This document shows positions 1 through 9,947 of a stretch of 64,000 nucleotides of DNA, piece by piece. Under the pieces are notes generated by a model, which made no database searches, was not told the DNA's origin, and worked only from the letters and a program-made list of their open reading frames with translations. The stretch comes from a virus, in the IMG/VR virus record IMGVR_UViG_3300036761_001135, positions 96,001 through 160,000 of that record; one strand, written 5' to 3'. How positions within the stretch are numbered: the first letter of the stretch is position 1; the number at the start of each line of letters is the position of its first letter. A program made the translations under genes and the position numbers.

Positions 1-1
1 A

Positions 2-1357
2 GATGGACTACGCGGGATCGTCTACAAGGTGGGCGAGTACACGCAGAAAATCGGCGGATTCGTCAGCGACATCGTGTATCAGGTGGCCAATCCAGATGAA
101 CACGCCAAGAAGATGGCGCAATTGCGAGCTGAGGATCTCTTAGACCAGAAAAAGAACCTGGACGAGCGCGTTCGCATGCAAAAAGATGCATACGACAAGC
201 AGTTGCAGATCAACAAAGGCCGGGCAGGCAAGGTGACAGGTCTGGCAGAAGTCAATCTGGCAGGAATTGGAGAGGCAGCAGAGGGAAAGAGTCCAAAACA
301 GGTCGCCAAGGAACAGGCGTGGCGTTCTACGCAGTGGCAGAAGACGGCAGGGGAAGTTTCGGCGGCTGCGATGGAGTACGGAAAGGCGCAGGCGGCACTG
401 ACGGCGGTGCAGGCGGACAAGAATCTCCTTGGGAGTGAGACGGACCTGGATGCTCAGAAGAGGATGCTCATAGCCGAGCAGGCACTAGCAGCTACGCGTG
501 GAACTGGGATCGAGGCGGCTAAAAAGGCAGGCGTTGGTGGTGAAGGATTAACGGGAATTGGCAAGGCAATGGACGTCCTTGTGAAGCAACAGGCGGACAC
601 TGCCAGGTACGAGGCGTTGGCGGCTGAGCAGGCGCAGAAGATGCAAGAGGCGCAGGCCAATGTGCAGGCGTTTACGCAGGCGAACGCGGCGACGATCACG
701 GACGCGCTTGGGCAGGCGGCGATGGGGGCTAGTGACGCGGGCATCGCGGTGGTGGACGACTTCGCGCGTGGCATCAACAACCCCGATGCAAACAAGCTTT
801 TGAAGGACTCGGTCTTTGGAGCATCGGACATGGTGAGCAAGTCGATGACGACGCACTCTCCGATCCTTGAGGGACCGTTGATGGGTGTTGGCGGAGGTGG
901 AGAGTCGGATCCTGCATGGATTGCGGGCCGCACGCTCATGGAGTCCATGGCGCTCGGTATCGAGAGCGGTACGACGGTGGTGTCGGAGGCCGTGGCGCGG
1001 GCTTTGGACGAGTCTGTGTTTGCCACTTTCGACGCCTACAAGATCAAGATGGCGGAGTTAGCCAAGAAGAAGAGCCTCTTAAACGATGTGGCGGACATGA
1101 TGATGCGCGACTTCGGGAGAGAGGGCAGCATCGTCAACACGATCACGGTGGATGACAAGACCGAAGACGTGCGGTCTAACATGAAGGCCATGTTGAACGT
1201 CCCGGGCCTGGCCGGCGTGACGATGGCGATTATGAATGAGGGCGCGAAGCAGCGGGCGATTTTGGACAAGATCCGTGGGTTCACGCAGGTCATCGCGGAG
1301 AGCGAGTTGATCAAAAATGGCGGTTCACCAACGGCGAAGCCAGTAGTGCTTGGATAA
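2..1357 (+). CDS. Tail tape measure protein, C-terminal part (5'-truncated by the window edge)
   Basis: The frame is open from the window start. Ala/Gln/Lys-rich helical sequence with an HSP..EGPL motif (TTHSPILEGPL) typical of tape measure C-termini, directly upstream of baseplate genes. Confidence 0.7.
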   Translation, partial: DGLRGIVYKVGEYTQKIGGFVSDIVYQVANPDEHAKKMAQLRAEDLLDQKKNLDERVRMQKDAYDKQLQINKGRAGKVTGLAEVNLAGIGEAAEGKSPKQVAKEQAWRSTQWQKTAGEVSAAAMEYGKAQAALTAVQADKNLLGSETDLDAQKRMLIAEQALAATRGTGIEAAKKAGVGGEGLTGIGKAMDVLVKQQADTARYEALAAEQAQKMQEAQANVQAFTQANAATITDALGQAAMGASDAGIAVVDDFARGINNPDANKLLKDSVFGASDMVSKSMTTHSPILEGPLMGVGGGGESDPAWIAGRTLMESMALGIESGTTVVSEAVARALDESVFATFDAYKIKMAELAKKKSLLNDVADMMMRDFGREGSIVNTITVDDKTEDVRSNMKAMLNVPGLAGVTMAIMNEGAKQRAILDKIRGFTQVIAESELIKNGGSPTAKPVVLG

Positions 1358-1369
1358 CAGGAGGCCGAG

Positions 1370-1735
1370 ATGCCTGCACCGACCCCGACCATACCCAAAC
1401 GGGTGCTGAACGCGACCATGGGATCGCCCATGAGGTTCATGGACGAGGAGGTCATCTGGGATCTAGAGATGTCGTCTTCGGTGCGGTTTAGAAGGCCGTT
1501 TGAGATGCCGAGTTGGGAGGGCGTGACGGACAACGAGGTGGAGTACGTCATTGAAGATCCGTGGATGCGGATCGACATCTTAGCCAAGAGTTTTTACGGA
1601 AACGAGGAGATGGGGTGGATCATTTCAGCGCGCAACAATTTGGACCTTCCAGATGTTGAGTTGTACCCAGGCCGGCGCTTGAAGATTCCTATGCGGGCTT
1701 GGGTAGAGCGCGTGTTGTTGCGGCAGGGGAGATAG
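1370..1735 (+). CDS. Baseplate LysM/tail-X/gp53-like protein
   Basis: RIDILAKSFYG..WIISARNNL..LYPGRRLKIP is a LysM-like baseplate pattern. SD AGGAGG at about 1358-1363. Confidence 0.75.
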   Translation: MPAPTPTIPKRVLNATMGSPMRFMDEEVIWDLEMSSSVRFRRPFEMPSWEGVTDNEVEYVIEDPWMRIDILAKSFYGNEEMGWIISARNNLDLPDVELYPGRRLKIPMRAWVERVLLRQGR

Positions 1736-1737
1736 GG

Positions 1738-3117
1738 ATGTTTACCGACCCAGTAGCGCAGATCGTTATCACGAACCCGACGAGCGGGAAGGTTTGGTAT
1801 TTCAACGCGCCAGATTACCCGTTTGTGACCGGGGTGAGCTTGGCGTTTGAGTTCGCGCGCAAGGCTGCTTTGCAGGTCACATTTGACGCGCCTTACGACG
1901 TGGCGGTTGATAAGCTGTTGGGCCTGGATTCGCCGTTCACCATGGGGAACAACGTGCGGGCTCGGATTGGATATGCGAAGCATCCGACATGGTGGACGGA
2001 GTGGTTCGAGGGGTTTTTGGCGGCGGGTGGGGACGGTCTGACCTTGGATGCAAACGGCATGACGGGAACGATCACGGTGCAGGTGATTTCGGAGGGTTCT
2101 GGATACACGGTGTCTGGCGAGGCTCTGAAGGTGACCAACCCGAACGATATGTTTGTGCAGTGCGCGAAGGCGTTGGGTGTGGAGTTCAAACCGTCGCCTG
2201 GGTCGGCCACGTTGATGAATGGTTTAAATTCTGATTTGGAAAAGGGAAAGCCAACAGATGCCGAGGCGGGTTGGAAGCCGGAGGCGTTTGCTGGGATGAC
2301 GGTGTGGGAGGCGGCAGATGCCCTTGCCAAGATGGCGAATTTGAGGATGTGGATAGGCCCGAATCCGGCAAGTCCTGGTGGGGGAATACACATCATGTAT
2401 CTTGGCACTGAAGAGGAGCTATCGACGGGCGTTCTGAGCCATCTCAAGGAAGCTGGGACGGCCGGAGGAGTTGGCGTGCGGCCGACGTTTAGGTTGCGTG
2501 GGGTGGTGGATTTAAACACGTCTACGTTCCCGTGTTTGTCGTGGGCACCAGAGGGATCTGGGTTTGCGTCGTGGCTTCCGACGAACATGGTCCAGACGGG
2601 CAAGGGCGTTGAGAAGGTATTTGTAAATACAAAAACGGGCTTGATCGAGTCTGTGAATGCGAAGGCGGTAGATCGCAAGGTGGCTACGGTAGGCGCGGTG
2701 GCCACGCCTGGGCCAGAGGACATCAAGACGACGGACGCCACGGGGAAGAGTTTGACTGGAGATGAGAAGAAGGCGGACGGCAAGGAGGCGGTCATTACGA
2801 GTTCGCCGGTGCCTGGGGGAGAGGCGGGCAAGGCGCGGGCGCAGTTGGCGGCGGAGAAAGAGCGTGATGCGGGGAGCCCTTCGCAGGTGGGGGTGATCAC
2901 GTCCTTGGGATTGCCGTGGGTGGTGCCGTCTGAGCTGTGTTTCTTGCGTGGGTGCGGGATGATCTACGACGGGCCGTACCTTGTGGACAAGGCGACGCAC
3001 AAGTGGGGGCCTGGCACCTATGAGATGACATTGACGTGCCGCCGACAGGGTGACGGCACGGCGATGAAGGCTGGAGAGAAGGTCCAGACGCCCGTGGGCA
3101 CGATGCCGGAGAAGTAA
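1738..3117 (+). CDS. Baseplate hub (gpD/gp27-like)
   Basis: Lies between the LysM and spike genes, with RIGY near the N-terminus and C-terminal GLPWVVP..LRGCG..YDGPYLVDKATH..YEMTL. ATG 1738 chosen as start. Confidence 0.7.
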   Translation: MFTDPVAQIVITNPTSGKVWYFNAPDYPFVTGVSLAFEFARKAALQVTFDAPYDVAVDKLLGLDSPFTMGNNVRARIGYAKHPTWWTEWFEGFLAAGGDGLTLDANGMTGTITVQVISEGSGYTVSGEALKVTNPNDMFVQCAKALGVEFKPSPGSATLMNGLNSDLEKGKPTDAEAGWKPEAFAGMTVWEAADALAKMANLRMWIGPNPASPGGGIHIMYLGTEEELSTGVLSHLKEAGTAGGVGVRPTFRLRGVVDLNTSTFPCLSWAPEGSGFASWLPTNMVQTGKGVEKVFVNTKTGLIESVNAKAVDRKVATVGAVATPGPEDIKTTDATGKSLTGDEKKADGKEAVITSSPVPGGEAGKARAQLAAEKERDAGSPSQVGVITSLGLPWVVPSELCFLRGCGMIYDGPYLVDKATHKWGPGTYEMTLTCRRQGDGTAMKAGEKVQTPVGTMPEK

Positions 3118-3120
3118 GTT

Positions 3121-4086
3121 ATGTTTGGCAACAGGAGCGATTCACTACGCCTGGCAACTGACCCGATTGGGTGGCTGCGGGACACCCTTGCGCGGATCGG
3201 CCTAGAGGGCTTTGCGCGACGATTCTACGGCCTTTACCCAGGTGTGGTGGTGAGCAACGCGGACCCAGACAATCGAGGCAGGATTCAAGCGCTGTGCCCT
3301 GCTGTTGGACTCAATACGGCGGACCAGTTGGGGCCGAGCTGGTGGGCGTTGCCGTGCATGCCTGGTTTGTCCGTGGACCCAGACACCAAGCAGGCGAGCG
3401 GGATCTTCCATCCGCCGGACGCGAATGCCCAGGTGTGGTTGATGTTTCAGCATGGAGATCCAGAGTTCCCGGTCTACATGGGCGGGTACATGGCGGCGGA
3501 CAAGGCGAGCGATACGTTCGACGCGGAGACCGCATTGAGGAAGGGATTTCGCACGCGCACGGGGCACTACCTGCGCATGTCGGACGACCCGGAGGATCTG
3601 CACCTCATCATTGGCAAGGGTGATGGAGCGGGCGGGCCGAGCCCCGCGTTCCTGACGGTGGACAAGGACGGTTCGACACTGCTCACCAACGAGATGGGCA
3701 GCATGCTGTTCATGAACGCCACGACCCCGGAGACAAGCTTGATGACGGCCAACGACAAGGGCGAGGTCACGGCGATGCTGATGCTGGGGGACGACAAGAT
3801 CACGCTGGCCACGAAGAGCGGAGGAGCCATCGGAATCGACGGCAAGAATATCACCATGACGGGGGACAACGTGGTGGCGGATGCGAGCAAGCAGTTTGTA
3901 GCGAACGCTGGGACGGTCATGTTGGGAAAGGGGGCCTCGGAGCCGGCGGTACGCGGGATGAAGTTGATGACGTGGGCTCTGGCGCACCAACATGTGTGTG
4001 CGGCTCCAGGAGCGCCAACAACTCCAGGGCCGCTGCCTCCGCCTATGCTGTATAAAGAGCTGAGCGAAGTCGTGTTTATTCGATAG
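3121..4086 (+). CDS. Baseplate central spike (gpV/gp5/VgrG OB-fold)
   Basis: FYGLYPGVVVSNADPDNRGRIQA, PP..AQVWLMFQHGDPEFPVYMG, RTRTGH, beta-helix-like repeats and an HxH apex motif (AHQH). Confidence 0.9.
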   Translation: MFGNRSDSLRLATDPIGWLRDTLARIGLEGFARRFYGLYPGVVVSNADPDNRGRIQALCPAVGLNTADQLGPSWWALPCMPGLSVDPDTKQASGIFHPPDANAQVWLMFQHGDPEFPVYMGGYMAADKASDTFDAETALRKGFRTRTGHYLRMSDDPEDLHLIIGKGDGAGGPSPAFLTVDKDGSTLLTNEMGSMLFMNATTPETSLMTANDKGEVTAMLMLGDDKITLATKSGGAIGIDGKNITMTGDNVVADASKQFVANAGTVMLGKGASEPAVRGMKLMTWALAHQHVCAAPGAPTTPGPLPPPMLYKELSEVVFIR

Positions 4087-4104
4087 AGGTGAGGATGAGG
4101 CCAA

Positions 4105-4464
4105 ATGTCCAAGTGCAAGATCCCAACTCCGCCGACCTTGGCGCTGGCCATTCCGATCCCAGGCATCCCGTTTGCGATGCCTGCGATCCCGACTTTGCCC
4201 GCGATACCGGCGATGCCTGCGATCCCTGGATTGACTATGCCGACGTTGCCGACGTTGGCACTGGCGATCCCGATCCCGAGCCCGCCGTTTGCATTGCCTG
4301 CGATTCCGACGTTGCCAAGCATGCCGAGTTTGCCATCGATCCCGAATCCGCCGAGCATGCCGACGTTGGCGCTGGCCATTCCGATCCCTGGATTGCCGTT
4401 TGCACTGCCCGCGCTGCCGAGCTTGCCAGCGATGCCCGGACTTCCAAGTTGTCCGCTAGACTGA
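4105..4464 (+). CDS. Proline-rich three-repeat protein next to the spike gene
   Basis: Three copies of PTLALAIPIPxxPFAxPA(I/L)P(T/S)LP, SD-like GAGG upstream, and it fills the gap between the spike and gp25 genes. Confidence 0.65.
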   Translation: MSKCKIPTPPTLALAIPIPGIPFAMPAIPTLPAIPAMPAIPGLTMPTLPTLALAIPIPSPPFALPAIPTLPSMPSLPSIPNPPSMPTLALAIPIPGLPFALPALPSLPAMPGLPSCPLD

Positions 4465-4467
4465 CAC

Positions 4468-4483
4468 GCGAACCTGGGTTCGC
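4468..4483. repeat. 16-bp palindrome, copy 1 (GCGAACCTGGGTTCGC)
   Basis: Read directly; intergenic, 3 nt after a stop codon. Confidence 0.9.
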
Positions 4484-4507
4484 CTCAAACTGTGATAGGA
4501 TGCGTTC

Positions 4508-4939
4508 ATGCCGAATGTGAACCAACTCCCGCCTCTGTTGGACGCTGACATCATGAGGACGTTGGCGTTTCCATTTCAGATGGGTTTGTCTGGATTTCCA
4601 GCCATGAGCGGATCGGAGCGGGCGATTTACCAGTCGATACTTTCGTTGATGATGACTGGTACAAACGAGAGGTTGATGCATGTGGATTTGGGAGTGAATT
4701 TGCACAGGTTGGTATTCGACAACATGACGCCGTTATTGCAGGCGCGCATTGCGACCGAGGTGACGCGTGCCATTGAGACCTGGGAGCCGCGTGCCGAGGT
4801 GATGGGTGTAGATTCTCGCATGGGCGACAAGTCGGACGGTGTGACGACGGCGATCATTGTGGACGTGCTGTACCGCGTGGCGGGGCAGCCTCAGAGCCAG
4901 CAGGTGCAGATCCCGCTGGTCGGGAGCCCAAATGGCTAA
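4508..4939 (+). CDS. Baseplate wedge gp25/GPW-like protein
   Basis: IYQSI..LMMT..ERLM..DLG..L..LVFD..IETWEPR is the gp25 family signature. Confidence 0.9.
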   Translation: MPNVNQLPPLLDADIMRTLAFPFQMGLSGFPAMSGSERAIYQSILSLMMTGTNERLMHVDLGVNLHRLVFDNMTPLLQARIATEVTRAIETWEPRAEVMGVDSRMGDKSDGVTTAIIVDVLYRVAGQPQSQQVQIPLVGSPNG

Positions 4940-7136
4940 CGATACCCATGCTCCATTGGTGGCGGATCGCGCCCCGCTGAACTCTGTGAAGTGGGCGGCC
5001 CGGGACTATCCGAGCATCTTCGACGACCTGTTGCGGCGGCTCAAGCTGTTGTATCAGGAAACATACAACGACTACGCGACGACGACGCAGGGCATCATGC
5101 TGATCGAGATGATGGCCTACGCCACGGCGCAGATTCAGTGGTACATGGACCGCATCGCGTCCGATTGCTTCCTGGACACGGCGCGCACGCATACGGCGGT
5201 TGGGCGCATTGTGCGGCAGTTGGGGTACAAGCTGCGGCCGGCGAGTGCGGCTTCGACGACGTTGACCTTGACCTTCCCTGACGGCACGCCTGGACCGTTT
5301 GTGATGCCGGCTCGCTGGCGTTTTCAGGGGCCAAATGGGCTTGTGTACGAGTCCTATGCTCCGCTCACGGAAACGGCAGCGTTGCCACCTGGAACCACGC
5401 GCACGATCATGGTGCGGCAGGGGGATTCTCGGATTCTGACGTTCACGGGAAACGGCCAGGCGAACCAGGTTTATAATCTCTCGGGAATCCCGGAATCTCG
5501 CTATCTCGCAGACCTGAGCGTTGAGTGTTGGGTGGACGGATTGGAGTGGGAAGAGCGGTCGTTTCTAACCTACGTTGCAGACGAGCAGTTCGAGGTGGAA
5601 TATCTGACCGAGCCCCCGAAGGTGCGGTTTGGAGATGGGATTGCAGGGGCGATTCCGCCATTGGGTGCCGAGGTAAAGTTTCGGTTTGTGATTATCGACG
5701 GGGTGAAGGGAAACAATCCGAAGTCGGGGAGCATTCGATCCAGCATCGACACGTTGGTGGTAGGCGGCACGCTGGTCACGATGACGGTGTCGAATCCGGT
5801 ATCTCCGAGCGGCGGTGCGGACCCCGAGACGGTGGAGCACGCCAAGAATCTGGCACCGTTGTCCTTCGCGGCGCGCGGTGTGGCGATTACCGAGAACGAC
5901 TACAACGCGCTGTCCAACAGCTTTGTGGACGCGCTCTATGGGTCGGTGGCCAAGGCGTATGCCTTCAACCCGCGCGGCACGTATTCAGACATCACGTTTG
6001 ACACGCTGGTAGTGGAGATTGTCGGTGCGCTCATCGTGTATGTGGATGCAGTCTCGTTATTGGAGACGAGCATTGCGGACGACGTGGCAGCCATCACGCC
6101 ATTGCTGGAGTCCATCAACGCCGACCTGGTAGATTTAGAGGAGTTGCGCGTCGATCAGGAGGGGTTTGCTGGGTCGGCGAAGTCGATCATTGGTGGGGCG
6201 CAGGCGAACTGCACGACGGCCGAGTCCACGCTGGTCGGAATCAAGACCACGGCGGAAGACCAGAAGGCGGCGTTACAAGATCTGGTCGATTATGTGCTGA
6301 CGAATGTGACTGCCGGGGCGACGCGGGACTATATCGAGGCGGATCTGAACGCGGCGATAGCGCAGGCGACGACGATTGTACAGAAGTCCACGCAGGCCAC
6401 AGGGGATGTCCAGACGGCCCAGAACGCCATGGGCAACGCTATTTCGAACGCGATCAATCCGCTGTTGGAGACGATTACGGATTTGTCTCCAACCTCGCCT
6501 GACACGTCGTTACCTCAGATCATCGCAGCGATGACGGCGGACACAGCGGGCATTGACGCGCTCTTGCCTGGGATGACAGCGGACGCGACGGCCATGGTAG
6601 GTGCTTCGCAGGCGTTGAAGACGGACATCGACGCTCATTTGGCGAGCATGCAGGTACGGATTGGAGAGTTGTTCTCGGACGACTGTTTGAGCAACTACGT
6701 ACAGGTGCCGATTCTGGCGCAGGACGCGGATGGAAACTACATCGCTCCTTCGGCCGGGATCATGGCGAGTCTCCAGACGTACTTGGACGGGGTAAAAGAG
6801 GTCACGCAGCAGGTTGAGGTCATCGACGGGTCTCCAATTCTGGTGCCGGCGCAGATTGCGATCCAGGCGCTAGTCGGTTCTGCCTACATTTACGACGAGG
6901 AGATCGCTAAGGTGAGATCTGCGGTGATTGAGTTACTCAAGGCGAGGGATTTCAACACGCCGTTGTACCTATCTCAGCTTTACGATACGGCGAAGAAGGC
7001 GAGCATTGGATTCTCGCATGTGAACATTCAGATCGCGGGTCCGGTGGAGTTCTTGGACGCGGGCGGCAACTTGGTTCCGCCTGAAAACCGGATCATCACG
7101 TTGGGTAGCCTCACCATTACGCAGCTCTACTCGTAG
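4932..7136 (+). CDS. Baseplate wedge J/gp6-like protein
   Basis: RDYPSI, LIEMMAY, FLDTAR..LGYK, VRFGDG..G.IPP, GGADPET and AITENDY motifs. ATG 4932 overlaps the gp25 end. Confidence 0.88.
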   Translation: MANDTHAPLVADRAPLNSVKWAARDYPSIFDDLLRRLKLLYQETYNDYATTTQGIMLIEMMAYATAQIQWYMDRIASDCFLDTARTHTAVGRIVRQLGYKLRPASAASTTLTLTFPDGTPGPFVMPARWRFQGPNGLVYESYAPLTETAALPPGTTRTIMVRQGDSRILTFTGNGQANQVYNLSGIPESRYLADLSVECWVDGLEWEERSFLTYVADEQFEVEYLTEPPKVRFGDGIAGAIPPLGAEVKFRFVIIDGVKGNNPKSGSIRSSIDTLVVGGTLVTMTVSNPVSPSGGADPETVEHAKNLAPLSFAARGVAITENDYNALSNSFVDALYGSVAKAYAFNPRGTYSDITFDTLVVEIVGALIVYVDAVSLLETSIADDVAAITPLLESINADLVDLEELRVDQEGFAGSAKSIIGGAQANCTTAESTLVGIKTTAEDQKAALQDLVDYVLTNVTAGATRDYIEADLNAAIAQATTIVQKSTQATGDVQTAQNAMGNAISNAINPLLETITDLSPTSPDTSLPQIIAAMTADTAGIDALLPGMTADATAMVGASQALKTDIDAHLASMQVRIGELFSDDCLSNYVQVPILAQDADGNYIAPSAGIMASLQTYLDGVKEVTQQVEVIDGSPILVPAQIAIQALVGSAYIYDEEIAKVRSAVIELLKARDFNTPLYLSQLYDTAKKASIGFSHVNIQIAGPVEFLDAGGNLVPPENRIITLGSLTITQLYS

Positions 7137-7144
7137 GAGGGCAG

Positions 7145-8899
7145 TTGATGACGACTTCGCATACCCCGCGCTTCTCGCTGCCCATCCCGACCTGGAACGC
7201 CGATTGGCAAAAGTGGCAGCAGGTATTTGAGACCTTTGCCACTGGCGTGGACTCCACCCTATTCTCGTTGTTGGAGCACACGACGCTCCTTCCTCGCGTG
7301 CTTCCGACCGTGTCGATTACGGGGGACGTGTTCTCGCAATCCGGTCCGGCTCAGTTTGTTTCGCGCACGTTGCAGGTGGCGATAGAGGTTGGTCCAAACT
7401 CGTTGACGTTGATCCCGGGATCGCTCGTGTGCGCGCATTTGCTATCTGGTGCTGTGGGTCCGCAGGCCATCGAGTGGGAGTTGCGGATCACGAGCACTGA
7501 GGCAGATGCGGACCTTGTCGTGTTCGGCGTGGTTGGAGATGATTACGCGATCACTTGGTACAACGGGGCGCGGTTGGAGCCGGGCACGCCGATGGCGTTG
7601 TTTGCGTTTGCGGGTGGAGGCGGTGGTGGTGGGCTCGATCCGGCTCCGTTCGACTGGGTGTTCGTGCCCACGCTGCTGTCGGTCGCTCAGAACGGTCAGT
7701 ATTTCTTTTGCATTGGGACTCCGTCTGGTAACGGGGACATCACGCTCCCGGCGAGTCCGACGGCTGGGATGCAGTTCACGATCATGGCCAGTGGGGGTGG
7801 CATCAAGATCAGCGGTAGTCCGACGCGACCGATCATTGGTCCGGGACCGTTTGCTAGTGGCGTCCTGGACCTGGCGATGTCGAACGAGAGCGCGGTCACG
7901 TTGACCTGCAAGGACATGGCCCCGCTTGCGCCTGGGGTCATGTCGTGGGTCATGACGGCTGGCGTCGGGCAGGTCGCCGACGATGCGGATCCGACCAGCA
8001 CGTTCAACTTCAACTTCAACGCGCCGTCGAGCTTCCCCACCGATGCAGCCGGAACGCTACTCGGTATCACGGCGGACGGGATCGTGCAGTTAGGGACAGA
8101 TCTGTACGGAACGAAGCGCGCTGGATCGCAGCAGCATGGGGGCGGAACGCCGGTAGACATTGGGCCGTCGGAGATTTGGAAACTGATCGAGAGCGGACGC
8201 AGCGACACCACCGGGACGGCTCCGGTGGTCTGCACGCTGGATGGGTTCGCGTGGTTGAACGACGACGGCTGGGAGTGCGAGTTCCTGGTCGGGGTGGACG
8301 CGGCACAGGACACGGTGCCCATGACGGTGAAGACCCCGCCGCTCACGACGGACATCTGCATCCAGGGGTCGCGCTACGTGAACAGCATCACCTGCGCGGA
8401 CGTGGGCGGGTACGTGCGACTGCGGTGGGCTCCGTGGGGGATCGGGCGCGGGCACTTCATCGTGACGGGCGGGCGCGGAACGTGGACGGATGAGTTCGGT
8501 GGCGTGCATAGCCTATCTGGAAGCGTTGAGGCGGAGTCCTACACCTGGGACAAGGTGGTCGCCGGGGGCACCGATGAGGTCGGGTCGGTGGTGACTCCGC
8601 TTGTCTCCGGGATCGGGTACAGCCTGAAGGTGGAGTGCATCGCGGGCACAGCGCCCTCGGGAGCGGATCTGGAATTGGCTGATGCGGCCTTCAGTGGGAG
8701 CCACGAGGTTATGTACCAGATCGGTCTGACCGGGGGCGGCATCCCGCGCTATGATCCCAGCCTGAATCCTACATGGATTGATCGCAATCCATTCGGTTTC
8801 GAGGGGTTGACCGGCGCGTGGCACTGGAGGCTGACGAATCTAGGCGGGACGACGGTGACATTTCGCGTGACGGTGCGCTGTCACGGGACGAGGAGTTGA
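7145..8899 (+). CDS. Putative tail fibre/appendage protein (paralog of 11188-12744)
   Basis: N-terminus TPRFSLPIPTWNADWQKWQQ shared with 11188, a poly-Gly linker, TLPASP motif and SD AGGAGG. Confidence 0.6.
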   Translation: MMTTSHTPRFSLPIPTWNADWQKWQQVFETFATGVDSTLFSLLEHTTLLPRVLPTVSITGDVFSQSGPAQFVSRTLQVAIEVGPNSLTLIPGSLVCAHLLSGAVGPQAIEWELRITSTEADADLVVFGVVGDDYAITWYNGARLEPGTPMALFAFAGGGGGGGLDPAPFDWVFVPTLLSVAQNGQYFFCIGTPSGNGDITLPASPTAGMQFTIMASGGGIKISGSPTRPIIGPGPFASGVLDLAMSNESAVTLTCKDMAPLAPGVMSWVMTAGVGQVADDADPTSTFNFNFNAPSSFPTDAAGTLLGITADGIVQLGTDLYGTKRAGSQQHGGGTPVDIGPSEIWKLIESGRSDTTGTAPVVCTLDGFAWLNDDGWECEFLVGVDAAQDTVPMTVKTPPLTTDICIQGSRYVNSITCADVGGYVRLRWAPWGIGRGHFIVTGGRGTWTDEFGGVHSLSGSVEAESYTWDKVVAGGTDEVGSVVTPLVSGIGYSLKVECIAGTAPSGADLELADAAFSGSHEVMYQIGLTGGGIPRYDPSLNPTWIDRNPFGFEGLTGAWHWRLTNLGGTTVTFRVTVRCHGTRS

Positions 8900-8900
8900 C

Positions 8901-9938
8901 ATGGCCGCACCGACAAGAACGAAAACGTGGGTGAAGCATTCGCATTACGTGGTAACGGCTGATGCTCCGACGCCACAGGCTGGGCAAACGGTAGACCGTA
9001 GCGCGGCACGGTACATCATGCACCTCATCAAGACGCAGTGGATCGCCATGGGGGGCACGGTGGCGCGCAGTTGCGGGTACTACGATGCCGGAGGTGGTGC
9101 GGCATGGCATTACGGGGCAGCGGACCATTGGCCAGATGCGGCATCGGTGCGGTGGAAAGAGGGCGACGGAAAGTTCGGTTGGGTCGTGTTGAAGAACACG
9201 AACATGCACAGCGGAGGTAACGGCTTCCAGGTACTTTTGGCTCTGACCAGAGATCGCACGCTTACATACTACATGACGATGGCGGTCTCGTTGGAGGCGG
9301 GCTTCACGGATGGGACCGAGACGACGCGCCCGACAGCGACGGATGAGGTGATCGTTTACAACGATGAGGCGTGGTATTCGACTGCCGGGGCGGGATACTC
9401 GCAGTGTCCGATGTCGCTGAATATCTGGTACGCTAACGATGGAACCAGTTTCCGTGTATTTGGTTGTGGAGTGGCGGCAGAAGAGACTTATAGAACTTTA
9501 AATCCGTGGATGTTCGAGAAGTTGGTAGACGCGCCGACCTGGCTAGATAAGCCGGTTGCTTTTGGGGCCATGTGGTGGCGGAGAACCAGCATGGTGGGTG
9601 ATCCGCCCGCATCATTTAGGCGCATGTTTTTCTGCTGCGACGACTTGGTAGCGATTCAGGCGATGATGTCTGTCGAGGGCATTTATGGCCTTGGACCGCT
9701 GACACAGCATGCAGCCTGTCAGGTATCTGACATGGGTGGATCGTGGCCGGTGTTTCCGGTGTCTGTGATAAGTATATATCCGTCTGTTCCCGGGTACATA
9801 GGGAAACTGGTTGACTTCTGGGCCGTACCGGATGCGTTGGCCAGCGGGGACTACATGCCAGGGGATGGGTCGATGGCGATGGCGGTGGTGCAGGACGTGT
9901 TGCAGGGAAATGACGGGACAGCCGTCATGATATCGTAG
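8901..9938 (+). CDS. Virion-associated protein (paralog of 9948-10928)
   Basis: Shares AGFTxG...RPTATDEV, WMF and GGxWPVF with the next gene; tight packing in the tail module. Confidence 0.55.
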   Translation: MAAPTRTKTWVKHSHYVVTADAPTPQAGQTVDRSAARYIMHLIKTQWIAMGGTVARSCGYYDAGGGAAWHYGAADHWPDAASVRWKEGDGKFGWVVLKNTNMHSGGNGFQVLLALTRDRTLTYYMTMAVSLEAGFTDGTETTRPTATDEVIVYNDEAWYSTAGAGYSQCPMSLNIWYANDGTSFRVFGCGVAAEETYRTLNPWMFEKLVDAPTWLDKPVAFGAMWWRRTSMVGDPPASFRRMFFCCDDLVAIQAMMSVEGIYGLGPLTQHAACQVSDMGGSWPVFPVSVISIYPSVPGYIGKLVDFWAVPDALASGDYMPGDGSMAMAVVQDVLQGNDGTAVMIS

Positions 9939-9947
9939 GAGGTTCGC

